Shown here in pieces: positions 1 through 7,592 of a stretch of DNA of 64,000 bases. This DNA comes from an uncultured virus (IMG/VR IMGVR_UViG_3300032116_000119) (lineage: Duplodnaviria; Heunggongvirae; Uroviricota; Caudoviricetes): the IMG/VR virus record IMGVR_UViG_3300032116_000119; one strand, written 5' to 3'. Below the pieces are notes generated by a model. The model saw only the letters and a list, made by a program, of their open reading frames with translations, did no database searches and was not told the origin of the DNA. Every line of letters starts with the position of its first letter. The stretch's first letter is position 1. Made by a program: the position numbers and the translations under genes.

Positions 1-40
1 CAATTAGCAGGCTTTCGATATTATATAGATTAGCAGACAT
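1..40 (-). CDS. Hypothetical early-type protein, partial (MSANLYNIESLLI..., runs off the window)
   Basis: ATG at 40-38 preceded by GAAAGAAGG SD on the minus strand and by the promoter at 73-114. Confidence 0.55.
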   Translation of the reverse strand, partial: MSANLYNIESLLI

Positions 41-72
41 TTTGCTACCTTCTTTCATTTTGTTATAGTGCT

Positions 73-114
73 ATTATTTCATATTTAGTTGTAAAAGTCA
101 AGGCGACACGCCGA
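73..114 (-). promoter_or_regulatory. Sigma70/SigA-type promoter with upstream GTGTC (GACAC, WhiA-type) box
   Basis: Minus strand reads TCGGC-GTGTC-GCC-TTGACT-17 nt-AATAAT, with TG extension. Confidence 0.6.
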
Positions 115-282
115 TCAGTTTGTGTGAGTTGCCTCACACTCTGGAGCACACTTAGAGGGTAGGCTAAAAAGATACTTTAGCAGTAATTTCCTCTCAGATA
201 GTGAGATTTCAGGGTGATAATTTTGAACACCTCCATGCTGGTATTCATAGACGATTTTATTTAGTGTTTTTTCAGTGAGCAT
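115..282 (-). CDS. Hypothetical 55-aa protein (MLTEKTLNK...)
   Basis: Start re-called from the track ORF 115..399 using the GAAAGGGG SD and an upstream TTGCTT...TGTTAGACT promoter. Confidence 0.6.
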   Translation of the reverse strand: MLTEKTLNKIVYEYQHGGVQNYHPEISLSERKLLLKYLFSLPSKCAPECEATHTN

Positions 283-429
283 TTTAGCCCCTTTCTTTAT
301 TTTCTTACTCTGTAAGTCTAACACACTTACCCCAAAAAAGCAAATCCAAAATGCGAATAAATCGGACATTTTAAAAAATATTTTTGTGAGGATAATCACA
401 AAATCTTACAACGAGGTCGGGCGTGTCGC

Positions 430-450
430 TGTGGATAAGCCTGTGGATAA
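430..450. promoter_or_regulatory. Two perfect tandem DnaA boxes (TGTGGATAA at 430-438 and 442-450)
   Basis: Exact reverse complement of the TTATCCACA consensus, intergenic, next to a GTGTC box at 423-427. Confidence 0.6.
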
Positions 451-505
451 CCCCACGTGCTTGGAAATTCGGACATTTCGGACAATAAAAGATTTTTTTA
501 TTTTA

Positions 506-547
506 TCGGCGTGTCGGCTTGATTTTGTCAGTGCGTTCTGTTATTAT
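506..547 (+). promoter_or_regulatory. Promoter with GTGTC box, -35, TGTCAGTG spacer element and extended -10
   Basis: TCGGC-GTGTC-GGC-TTGATT-17 nt-TATTAT, with TGT before the -10. Confidence 0.6.
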
Positions 548-572
548 TCTCCTATAAAGAAAGGTTAGATAA

Positions 573-683
573 ATGAAAAAGTCTAAATGTATTACCTGCG
601 GCTCTCCCGCCTATGTATCCAAGCGCAGTATTCCTGCCCTATGCTCTAAGTGTATAGAGGGTCTGATAGCCCTTAGAAAGTGA
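573..683 (+). CDS. 36-aa zinc-finger-like microprotein (MKKSKCITCGSPAYVSKRSIPALCSKCIEGLIALRK)
   Basis: AAGAAAGG SD, two CxxC pairs, follows promoter; below the track size cut-off. Confidence 0.6.
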   Translation: MKKSKCITCGSPAYVSKRSIPALCSKCIEGLIALRK

Positions 684-774
684 CCTAAATCACAAGGGGA
701 ATAGCCCACAGACCCCCTCAAAATGTCAGTGGCAGGGTATAGAATAAGATTACTAAAAAGAAAGGTTAGAAAAA

Positions 775-933
775 ATGCTAACACTAAATTACACAGTATC
801 TAAAGAGGATACTATTCTAACAACATCAAATATGTTGATGATAAATGAAAGTCAAATAAATGGCCTTATGGATAGCCTAGTGGCTAACGGATTTACAGTA
901 GAGGCTATGTCAGTAGCCCCTGCTACACTATAA
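775..933 (+). CDS. 52-aa hypothetical protein (MLTLNYTVSKED...)
   Basis: AAGAAAGG SD and promoter at 724-745; translated by hand. Confidence 0.6.
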   Translation: MLTLNYTVSKEDTILTTSNMLMINESQINGLMDSLVANGFTVEAMSVAPATL

Positions 934-952
934 GAAAGAAAGGAAAACTAAA

Positions 953-1060
953 ATGATAAACTCAGTAAAAACAATAGATTGCTCAACCTGCTACGGCAGA
1001 GGACTTATCTTCATTGGCGACAATGAGGACTATTATGTAGAACCTTGCGAGTGTGTATGA
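953..1060 (+). CDS. 35-aa zinc-ribbon-like microprotein (CSTCYGRG...PCEC)
   Basis: AGAAAGGA SD; CxxCxGxG...CxC motif. Confidence 0.6.
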   Translation: MINSVKTIDCSTCYGRGLIFIGDNEDYYVEPCECV

Positions 1061-1218
1061 ATTACTCACAAGAGCAATTACGCAGGAAAGCCCACCTTGA
1101 CAATGGTGGAACACTTTCCAATTATGACAGAAGCCATTACGAAAAAAACGAGGTAAATAAGAATGATAAAAACAACACTAACAACAATAACAGGCTCCAC
1201 AAAAGAGATGAAGTTTGA
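1057..1218 (+). CDS. Possible 53-aa hypothetical protein (MNYSQEQLRRKAHLDNGG...)
   Basis: ATGA overlap with the previous stop; 3' end overlaps the next ORF. Confidence 0.35.
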   Translation: MNYSQEQLRRKAHLDNGGTLSNYDRSHYEKNEVNKNDKNNTNNNNRLHKRDEV

Positions 1219-1345
1219 TAGCAAGGCAGATGTCCTTGTATTTATTGAGAAAATGTCCGACGCACTGCCTATCGGAACAGTTGTGAATATTGACGCACCA
1301 CTAATAGGAATTCATAGCGGTTGGATACAAGGTCAAAAAATCTAG
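1163..1345 (+). CDS. Hypothetical protein, 60 aa
   Basis: GAGGT SD; followed by a terminator. Confidence 0.65.
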   Translation: MIKTTLTTITGSTKEMKFDSKADVLVFIEKMSDALPIGTVVNIDAPLIGIHSGWIQGQKI

Positions 1346-1372
1346 TGGGCTTATGGGCTCACTATTTTTTTT
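1343..1372 (+). terminator. Rho-independent terminator
   Basis: TAGTGGGC-TTATGG-GCTCACTA stem followed by a T run. Confidence 0.75.
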
Positions 1373-1441
1373 GATCTTTTTTTGTTTATTTATGTATCAT
1401 ACATCTGAGCAAAATATTCAGATTTTTGATATAATGGTTTT

Positions 1442-1603
1442 ATGTCAGAATATTGCGAACATATTTATAAAAATATGGGACAAGATATATGCCCTAAATG
1501 TGAGCGGTATACACATGAAACCAATTGGCTCTATCAATCACAATTACATAAACAATGGCATGCAGATGGTAAGGCTACGTATGGTGGATGGTGGTCAATA
1601 TAA
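1442..1603 (+). CDS. 53-aa Cys/His/Trp-rich protein (MSEYCEHIYKNMGQDICPKCERYTHE...GGWWSI), leaderless
   Basis: TGATATAAT at 1427-1435, ATG 6 nt later; CxH...CxxC pattern. Confidence 0.65.
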   Translation: MSEYCEHIYKNMGQDICPKCERYTHETNWLYQSQLHKQWHADGKATYGGWWSI

Positions 1604-2223
1604 TTACAGAAATATTTTTAGATGGACTAGAAAGATCTGGAAACACTTTTCTTGGTGGAGCGCTGGGGTATAGTTTAGGAATACAGGTAACACCATTATG
1701 GTCACATAGAGTCTATGCATTAGAATCAAGAAATAAAGATTATCCGTTTATTGTTCCAGTCAGAGATGCGTTGCCATGTATGGTTTCTTCAAAAATATAT
1801 AGAGACTATTGGGAAAAAAATATACACAAATTAGAACCTGGAAGAACTGGAGATCCACAAGAAATAGTCGTTAGACATTTAGAATATATAAAGTATGTAG
1901 TTAACGATAAAGATCTTTTTATTGCTCCATTTAAAGAATTTTCAACAGATCATAACTCTTTTGTAGATGTAGTCGTTAAATCATTTCCTGGACTAAAGGT
2001 TTGTCAAAGACTTACAAAAGATGAAATAATAGAAAAAATTGGCCCTAACCCTAATCCTCACCTTAATAGTTTAGAGTTGAGAAATTTCCCACGGGACCCA
2101 GTAGAAAATAAAGAAAGTATCACAAAAATGTTTATATCTGACTACTCAAATGAACTACAAGAGATTCAGTCATACATAGAAATACTATATAAGAGATACT
2201 ATACTCTAAAAAGCAGTTTATAA
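1588..2223 (+). CDS. Sulfotransferase-like (P-loop) protein
   Basis: N-terminal GLERSGNTFL resembles the 5'-PSB loop; VRDALPCMVS resembles the 3'-PB motif. Confidence 0.55.
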   Translation: MVVNIITEIFLDGLERSGNTFLGGALGYSLGIQVTPLWSHRVYALESRNKDYPFIVPVRDALPCMVSSKIYRDYWEKNIHKLEPGRTGDPQEIVVRHLEYIKYVVNDKDLFIAPFKEFSTDHNSFVDVVVKSFPGLKVCQRLTKDEIIEKIGPNPNPHLNSLELRNFPRDPVENKESITKMFISDYSNELQEIQSYIEILYKRYYTLKSSL

Positions 2224-2253
2224 AAATTTTCAGAATTGTGATATAATAATGAT

Positions 2254-2355
2254 ATGACAAACGAAGAGTACTCTGGACCTAATTGCTGTGCTGCATGCAC
2301 ATGCGTAGACAGTCCGCATAGATCTAGACCTGAAGAATCAACCGAAAACAAGTAG
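2254..2355 (+). CDS. 33-aa Cys-cluster peptide (MTNEEYSGPNCCAACTCVDSPHRSRPEESTENK), leaderless
   Basis: TGATATAAT at 2239-2247, ATG 6 nt later; stop overlaps the next start. Confidence 0.6.
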   Translation: MTNEEYSGPNCCAACTCVDSPHRSRPEESTENK

Positions 2356-3029
2356 TGCAAGAGTTTTTCTTATTTAACTCTCCACCTAGGTCAGGTAATG
2401 TTTTCCTCATATTCTTATTCAAACTACTTATATCTGATAAAGTAAATAAGTGCTTAGACATAAAAAAATATTCAGATAAAACACAAAAACAAGCAGCATT
2501 TTTTAGAAATCCATATGATTCAATTTCATCAGCAGTAGTTAAGTCAAGAATTGATGTTGATCTGCCAATTAACGAAGAATATATTCAAAATATAGGTTTT
2601 ACTTTAGAGTGGTATGCAAAAGAATACCTTGAAGCAATTAAAGAGGCTAAGGCAAATAAAGAAAATATATACATTGGTGTATCAGAAAATATGATGAATG
2701 ACCCAATATCGACTATAACTGATATAGCGCTATTTTTTAATTTTGAATTAAAAGATGGGAAAAAATACAATAACATAGAAGTGCTTGAAGAAATAAAACA
2801 GATTATGTTGACTGAAACAAAAACAAGAGTAATGGATGATGGCAGGGTAATTGTAGAAAACCTTATGACGGATCACGACGGACACCTACCCAGAAAAAAA
2901 ATTCCTGGAAGAATTCTTGTTGATAAAATAATTAAAGATTTAGAGTCAGATATTCTTAAAGAATGCTATAATGAATATATATCAATTAATCCTACAAATG
3001 CAAAGGATGGTCAAAGATGGGGTTTCTAG
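2355..3029 (+). CDS. Sulfotransferase-like (P-loop) protein
   Basis: SPPRSGNVFL and FRNPYDSISS motifs; paralogous C-terminal HLPRK/NFPRD with 1588..2223. Confidence 0.6.
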   Translation: MQEFFLFNSPPRSGNVFLIFLFKLLISDKVNKCLDIKKYSDKTQKQAAFFRNPYDSISSAVVKSRIDVDLPINEEYIQNIGFTLEWYAKEYLEAIKEAKANKENIYIGVSENMMNDPISTITDIALFFNFELKDGKKYNNIEVLEEIKQIMLTETKTRVMDDGRVIVENLMTDHDGHLPRKKIPGRILVDKIIKDLESDILKECYNEYISINPTNAKDGQRWGF

Positions 3030-3661
3030 ATAATCTAGAAAACTATATAGATGATAGTTATAATGTTAAATCATTTAAAGAAGACTATTCTGCTAAAAAA
3101 AAATATTTAGATGATAACATATTTTATATAGAAAATTTTATATCTAAATATGACATAGAAAAAATTCTTTCAGAAATAAATAAAACAAAAGTGCAAGAAA
3201 ATATTACAATATCTATAATACCAGTAAACGGTTCAGATGATTTTCAAAATATTTGGGGTAATGTCAAAGAAAACCTTAAAACATTATTTTATACAGATAA
3301 GACATATATAAAAGAAATAGAAGAAAATCCATACACTCCAGCATTTGCAAAATACAAAAACGACAACGATAAAGAATGGGTCATGCAACCACATTACGAT
3401 GACACCTATGAAGCAAAGGAAATACCAATAGAAGGCAGTAATAAGCAGGTTGGAACAAAAACATTAAATGGCTTTATAATATATCTAACAGATAATTATA
3501 TCGGAGGAGAGATTGTTTATATAAATAAGGGAATTTCTTTTAAACCAAAGGCTGGTACGCTAGTATGCCACCCTGGTACAAAAGAATATACACATGGCGT
3601 AAAAAATTTTAAAGGAGGAGAGCGAATAGTTTTTTCAGCATTCGTTCATGAAAAAGTATGA
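3017..3661 (+). CDS. 2OG-Fe(II) oxygenase, prolyl-4-hydroxylase-like
   Basis: HYD...YLTDNYIGGE...KPKAG...H.V...R motifs. Confidence 0.85.
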   Translation: MGFLDNLENYIDDSYNVKSFKEDYSAKKKYLDDNIFYIENFISKYDIEKILSEINKTKVQENITISIIPVNGSDDFQNIWGNVKENLKTLFYTDKTYIKEIEENPYTPAFAKYKNDNDKEWVMQPHYDDTYEAKEIPIEGSNKQVGTKTLNGFIIYLTDNYIGGEIVYINKGISFKPKAGTLVCHPGTKEYTHGVKNFKGGERIVFSAFVHEKV

Positions 3662-3804
3662 CAAATCAAAATGAATCATCACCAATAAAACCAATCGACA
3701 ATATGGGAAGAGAAATTTTCTGGGAAAATTCAGAATATCCAAACCTGGCTGTAAAAATATTTTCAGAAACTTGTTGTCAGAATTGTTCGTGCAAAAATGG
3801 ATAA
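3658..3804 (+). CDS. 48-aa peptide ending in CCQNCSC
   Basis: ATGA-coupled to the oxygenase; same CCxxCxC motif as 2254..2355. Confidence 0.55.
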   Translation: MTNQNESSPIKPIDNMGREIFWENSEYPNLAVKIFSETCCQNCSCKNG

Positions 3805-3964
3805 TGATCAAAAATTAAATGCAGAACAAATTCAGGCAATTTTGCTATTTCAGATTGAACAAAAATTAAGACAAGTCATTGCAAAACAAGTAGAGCAAAA
3901 ATTCCACGGTACATACCATAATGAATCACACGAAATAGCACAATTCATCCGTAATATGGCTTAG
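3797..3964 (+). CDS. 55-aa helical hypothetical protein (MDNDQKLNAEQ...)
   Basis: Overlapping start; fills the gap up to the convergent gene. Confidence 0.55.
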   Translation: MDNDQKLNAEQIQAILLFQIEQKLRQVIAKQVEQKFHGTYHNESHEIAQFIRNMA

Positions 3965-4158
3965 TCTTCTACTAACTCCCACATACGAACATCTACAAAC
4001 CCAACCATTGCCTCGTGAGCATCTTCTGGTGTATTTGCATTTATAACAAGCCTAACATCGGATTCAATGTCTATACTTGTTTGATATTCTCTGCTGGCAT
4101 TTTGAAGATATGTTTCTTCTATTACCTTTAGGACTGGTTTATAATAATATTTATTCAA
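3961..4158 (-). CDS. Hypothetical protein, 65 aa
   Basis: Overlap-coupled minus-strand operon, GGAG SD. Confidence 0.6.
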   Translation of the reverse strand: MNKYYYKPVLKVIEETYLQNASREYQTSIDIESDVRLVINANTPEDAHEAMVGFVDVRMWELVED

Positions 4159-4336
4159 TTACTCCACTCTCCTTTAACTTGGTATACATATTTGAAATCA
4201 TATATATTAAAGATGCCTGGCTTTGCTCGATTTGTTTTTCGGTTTCTTCATCGCTCATTCCGCCCTGCTTACATATTTGTCTGTTGTCATCATTAATGCT
4301 TTTTAACATTAAGTCAATAATTTCTTCCTTGTTCAT
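4151..4336 (-). CDS. Hypothetical protein (MNKEEIIDLML...)
   Basis: ATG overlaps the TGA of the upstream gene; GGAG SD. Confidence 0.65.
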   Translation of the reverse strand: MNKEEIIDLMLKSINDDNRQICKQGGMSDEETEKQIEQSQASLIYMISNMYTKLKESGVIE

Positions 4337-5103
4337 ACCCACTCCATTTCTTGTTCGTATGTAACAGAATATTCTCCTGTAAATATTTCTGCATAAGATA
4401 TGATATCTCTATTATACCGTATAACGGTGTTTAGGCCAACTTTGTCGCAGAGGTATTTGTTACCCCTAGTTAGGGTTTGAAACTTCATCCCCTGCGCTTC
4501 TAGGGCCTTATTTAGGGTATTCAAATATCTTTCCTTGCCATATCGTTTTGATACAAATGCTTGATCAACATAATCAAACCTTGCCTGTGCATCATTTTGT
4601 TTTGCAATGTCCGAATTATCCATTATGTACCTTACTGCAGGATGATCCATCCTATCAGACCAGTTTCGCATGTTAGGCTCATACTTCTCCATGTTCTTGA
4701 GAGTTGAGTCAGCAAAGGCCATGCGTATTAGGTCTGTAGTGGAGGTTTGAACCTCTGTTGCGAACGAAATCAAAAAAGCGGTTGCGAAAGGAAACTTGTC
4801 GCTATATGTCGAAACGCCGAAGTGAACATTCGGATTGAAAGACTTATATGACATATTATCTTTTAGTAAGCGCATGTGATTTCCGAGTGAAACAAAACCT
4901 TCTCGGTTCATATCGCAATCCAAGAACAAACACTCTTCTGGATCTACCCCGTCGGCGAGACATAAAATATTTTTGTCATACGAACCGACTATTTGCGAAC
5001 CGTTAAAACGCTCCAACAATTTTGCGGACATAAAACCATCCATATCTGGCGAGATTATTAAATTCCGAGAATGCTCAAGTGTCGTAAGTATGTCCGTTTT
5101 CAT
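4333..5103 (-). CDS. DHH-family phosphoesterase-like protein
   Basis: IISPDMDG (DxD), FLDCD and GNH motifs in DHH order. Confidence 0.55.
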   Translation of the reverse strand: MKTDILTTLEHSRNLIISPDMDGFMSAKLLERFNGSQIVGSYDKNILCLADGVDPEECLFLDCDMNREGFVSLGNHMRLLKDNMSYKSFNPNVHFGVSTYSDKFPFATAFLISFATEVQTSTTDLIRMAFADSTLKNMEKYEPNMRNWSDRMDHPAVRYIMDNSDIAKQNDAQARFDYVDQAFVSKRYGKERYLNTLNKALEAQGMKFQTLTRGNKYLCDKVGLNTVIRYNRDIISYAEIFTGEYSVTYEQEMEWV

Positions 5104-5137
5104 TTTTGTTAAATATACCCCTTATAATATTTTAGTT

Positions 5138-5404
5138 ATGACAATTCAAGATTGGGCAGCATTAATTGTCGCCATCCTAACCATTGTATCATCAGTTGCC
5201 CTAGCAATCAAGTGGTTAGTAAAACATTATCTCGTAGAACTTAAGCCGAATTCAGGATCCAGCCTTAGAGACGCTGTTTCAAGACTTGAAAATTCGGTTG
5301 ACGAACAAAGAATTGAATCATTGAAATCTAGAGAGCGTCAAGAAAAAAAGATTGACGAAATGTATAAAATTTTAATTGAACATATTTCTAATTCTAAAAA
5401 ATAA
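5138..5404 (+). CDS. Single-TM membrane protein, actinophage lysis-cassette (DUF2746-like) type
   Basis: N-terminal hydrophobic helix, then KPNSGSSLRDAVSRLE and a coiled coil. Confidence 0.6.
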   Translation: MTIQDWAALIVAILTIVSSVALAIKWLVKHYLVELKPNSGSSLRDAVSRLENSVDEQRIESLKSRERQEKKIDEMYKILIEHISNSKK

Positions 5405-5590
5405 TTTGCTATATACTATATATAATATATAAGATAGTTTTTAAAACTATAAGGATATCTTTCTTTCTTATATATATTAAAGTATACACCATCCCAATCC
5501 TGGCATAAAAGACAAACCTTGACAAATCGGACATTTGTAATTGTAACAATTTGGTAAACTTTTATCTAGGTGTCCGTTTTGTCCTTTATG
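5405..5590. other. Very AT-rich non-coding region with nested inverted repeats (origin/cruciform candidate)
   Basis: ATAGTTTT-T-AAAACTAT at 5434-5450, TATATAAGA/TCTTATATA arms, TA runs, GACA repeats. Confidence 0.35.
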
Positions 5591-5603
5591 GTATAATTTT
5601 ATT

Positions 5604-5660
5604 GTTGGCTAATGCCTTGGTTTGTCTCATACCCACCAGCCTTGGTATTAGTCAATTTTT
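5604..5660 (+). ncRNA. Candidate ~57-nt hairpin small RNA
   Basis: Own TGGTATAAT at 5589-5597; TTGGCTAATGCC/GGTATTAGTCAA stem with G-U pairs, inner stem, 3' U tract. Confidence 0.55.
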
Positions 5661-5676
5661 ATGGTATAATCGCAGT

Positions 5677-6072
5677 ATGCCTATTCACAATACCCTTGCT
5701 TTTGGTGCAGATCCTGTCACTATGCAATGGAGTGTTGTTAGAGGAGATACAGGAACCCTTCGTGTGGAATTCTATGAGTCTAACGAAGTAGATTTTTATG
5801 ATACAACTGGATGGATTTTTAGAGCAACCGCCTATGACCAATCTGGAAATGTCCTAGATGCCTTAGATTGCGAACCTGGTGAAGGATTTGTCGACATTAC
5901 TGCATATCCTTCTGTTACAAAAAATTGGGGATCTAAATATTCTTCAGTCGTGGCCCAACTACCTTTTGACTTACAGGTAATTATTTCAGAAGAAATTGAA
6001 GATATTGTTTGGACACCAGTTATAGGCACAATACAAGTTTTAGGTGACGTTACACCAGGGGGTACACTATAA
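5677..6072 (+). CDS. Virion adaptor-like protein (BppU-N/Ig-like, paralog 1), leaderless
   Basis: TGGTATAAT at 5662-5670, ATG 6 nt later; WSVVRGDT motif shared with 8320 and 15577. Confidence 0.6.
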   Translation: MPIHNTLAFGADPVTMQWSVVRGDTGTLRVEFYESNEVDFYDTTGWIFRATAYDQSGNVLDALDCEPGEGFVDITAYPSVTKNWGSKYSSVVAQLPFDLQVIISEEIEDIVWTPVIGTIQVLGDVTPGGTL

Positions 6073-6851
6073 TGGCAGTTATTAAGATTGTTCCTATGCC
6101 AGGCGCAGAAGGACAAAAAGGAGACCCAGGTGCGACAGGTGCACAGGGGCCACAAGGACCAATTGGTGCAACAGGACCAGCGGGTGCAGATGCCCTATGG
6201 CACTATAACGGTGCGTGGCAATCAAACGCTTCCTATGCAGTTGGGGATGTAGTAACTTATCAAGGACAACTATATTATACAAAAGCAACTACAACTGTAG
6301 GAACACTTCCAACTGATACTACAAAATTTGATTTAATTGCAGCAAAGGGTGCTGACGCAGAAGGATCTTCAAGCGAAATAACTCCAACTTCTGGAACATG
6401 GAATTTAAACTTTAATACACACGATCAAACACTGGTTCAGTCATCTCCATCAAGTGGAACTTATGCAGAATATTACACTATAGGAGATCTTGTCTATTTT
6501 GATATGCAGTATAGTTTTGAACATGTTACTAACTATGGATCTGGATATTATCTTTTCAATCTTCCTTTTACTCCAAGAACTATAAGCGGTTATTCTAATA
6601 GTACACTTGTTAATGGATTACTTGTAGACTCAACTGCTCCAGATACTGGTTCAAACGTAGTCTTTGGTATTATTCAAGAAACACACCCAGTTACTTTGCA
6701 AACAGGCGGATGGGTTTTGTTGAAACATCAAAATACAGCAAATCAAATGGAGTTATCAGATGTATACTTCAATGACCCATCCTCACTTACTGGATCTCAG
6801 ATTAACCCATTTAGCCGTTTAAGAATGTCTGGAGTATATAGGAAAGCATAA
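6072..6851 (+). CDS. Collagen-repeat fibre protein with CBM-like (W...Y.VGDVVTYQGQLY) module
   Basis: Gly-X-Y repeats, carbohydrate-binding-like motif, C-terminal receptor-binding-like domain. Confidence 0.7.
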   Translation: MAVIKIVPMPGAEGQKGDPGATGAQGPQGPIGATGPAGADALWHYNGAWQSNASYAVGDVVTYQGQLYYTKATTTVGTLPTDTTKFDLIAAKGADAEGSSSEITPTSGTWNLNFNTHDQTLVQSSPSSGTYAEYYTIGDLVYFDMQYSFEHVTNYGSGYYLFNLPFTPRTISGYSNSTLVNGLLVDSTAPDTGSNVVFGIIQETHPVTLQTGGWVLLKHQNTANQMELSDVYFNDPSSLTGSQINPFSRLRMSGVYRKA

Positions 6852-7132
6852 TGGCACAACATTCTATCGTAGCGCTAACAAGTTCAACACCAGTACGACT
6901 TACTCCAAACGGTAATCATGGCGGTATGGATATAACTCTACAAAACGTAAATGATTCTGGATATATCTATGTTGGCGCTAACGAAAACCTGTCATCAACA
7001 AACTATGGTTTTAGAATTATGCCAAACCACTCAATCTCTTTTGAACTTCCAAGTTTTGATGCGTTGTATGCTATAGGCTCAACATCAATGAATCTAGCAA
7101 TAATCCAGACTGGTCTAGAGAGTCAGAACTAA
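6851..7132 (+). CDS. Small beta-rich virion/fibre protein
   Basis: Coupled ORF in the fibre operon. Confidence 0.6.
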   Translation: MAQHSIVALTSSTPVRLTPNGNHGGMDITLQNVNDSGYIYVGANENLSSTNYGFRIMPNHSISFELPSFDALYAIGSTSMNLAIIQTGLESQN

Positions 7133-7575
7133 TGGCAAGATTTACGCATCCCGCATTTGGTGATGTAGGTGGGCTTACTACAAAAATTAATTCTTATAAT
7201 CCAGTTTGGTCTGGTACAGGATTAACATTTACAAACTCTCCAGCAACTGGTTCTTATGTAAAAATTGGTAATTTAGTAATTGTTCAAATAGATGTTTTGT
7301 ATACAACTGTTACAAATTTTGGAACTGGTCAGTATTCTTTAACACTTCCGTTTGCTTCTAAGTATCACACAGATGTTTATGGTGGGTCTGCTCATGATAC
7401 CCTGCCAAATTTAAAACACTATAGTTTAAAAGGGCATTTAACTCCATCAAGTTCTACAATGACTCTTTGGCAGCATGCTGGATCTTCAGAAGATGTTCCA
7501 ATGACAAAAAATGTTCCGTTTAATGCATCTACTGATGATAAGTTCCATATGTCCTTTTCTTATATTTCTGAATAA
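7132..7575 (+). CDS. Fibre head-like protein, paralogous to the C-terminus of 6072..6851
   Basis: YVKIGNLV...NFGTGQYSLTLPF vs YYTIGDLV...NYGSGYYLFNLPF. Confidence 0.65.
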   Translation: MARFTHPAFGDVGGLTTKINSYNPVWSGTGLTFTNSPATGSYVKIGNLVIVQIDVLYTTVTNFGTGQYSLTLPFASKYHTDVYGGSAHDTLPNLKHYSLKGHLTPSSSTMTLWQHAGSSEDVPMTKNVPFNASTDDKFHMSFSYISE

Positions 7576-7592
7576 TGTGAGATAATGTCTAC

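Noticed and set aside
275..568. Track ORF of 97 aa
   Set aside because: Crosses promoter, DnaA-box and GTGTC elements of an intergenic control region and has no SD.
1353..1673. Track ORF of 106 aa
   Set aside because: Starts inside a terminator; the promoter-anchored ORF 1442..1603 in another frame is better supported.
5551..5676. N-terminal extension of ORF 5551..6072 (likewise the extensions at 4973, 24809, 33406 and 52393)
   Set aside because: Extensions overlap promoters, the hairpin or neighbouring genes; downstream ATGs fit the promoter spacing or translational coupling.
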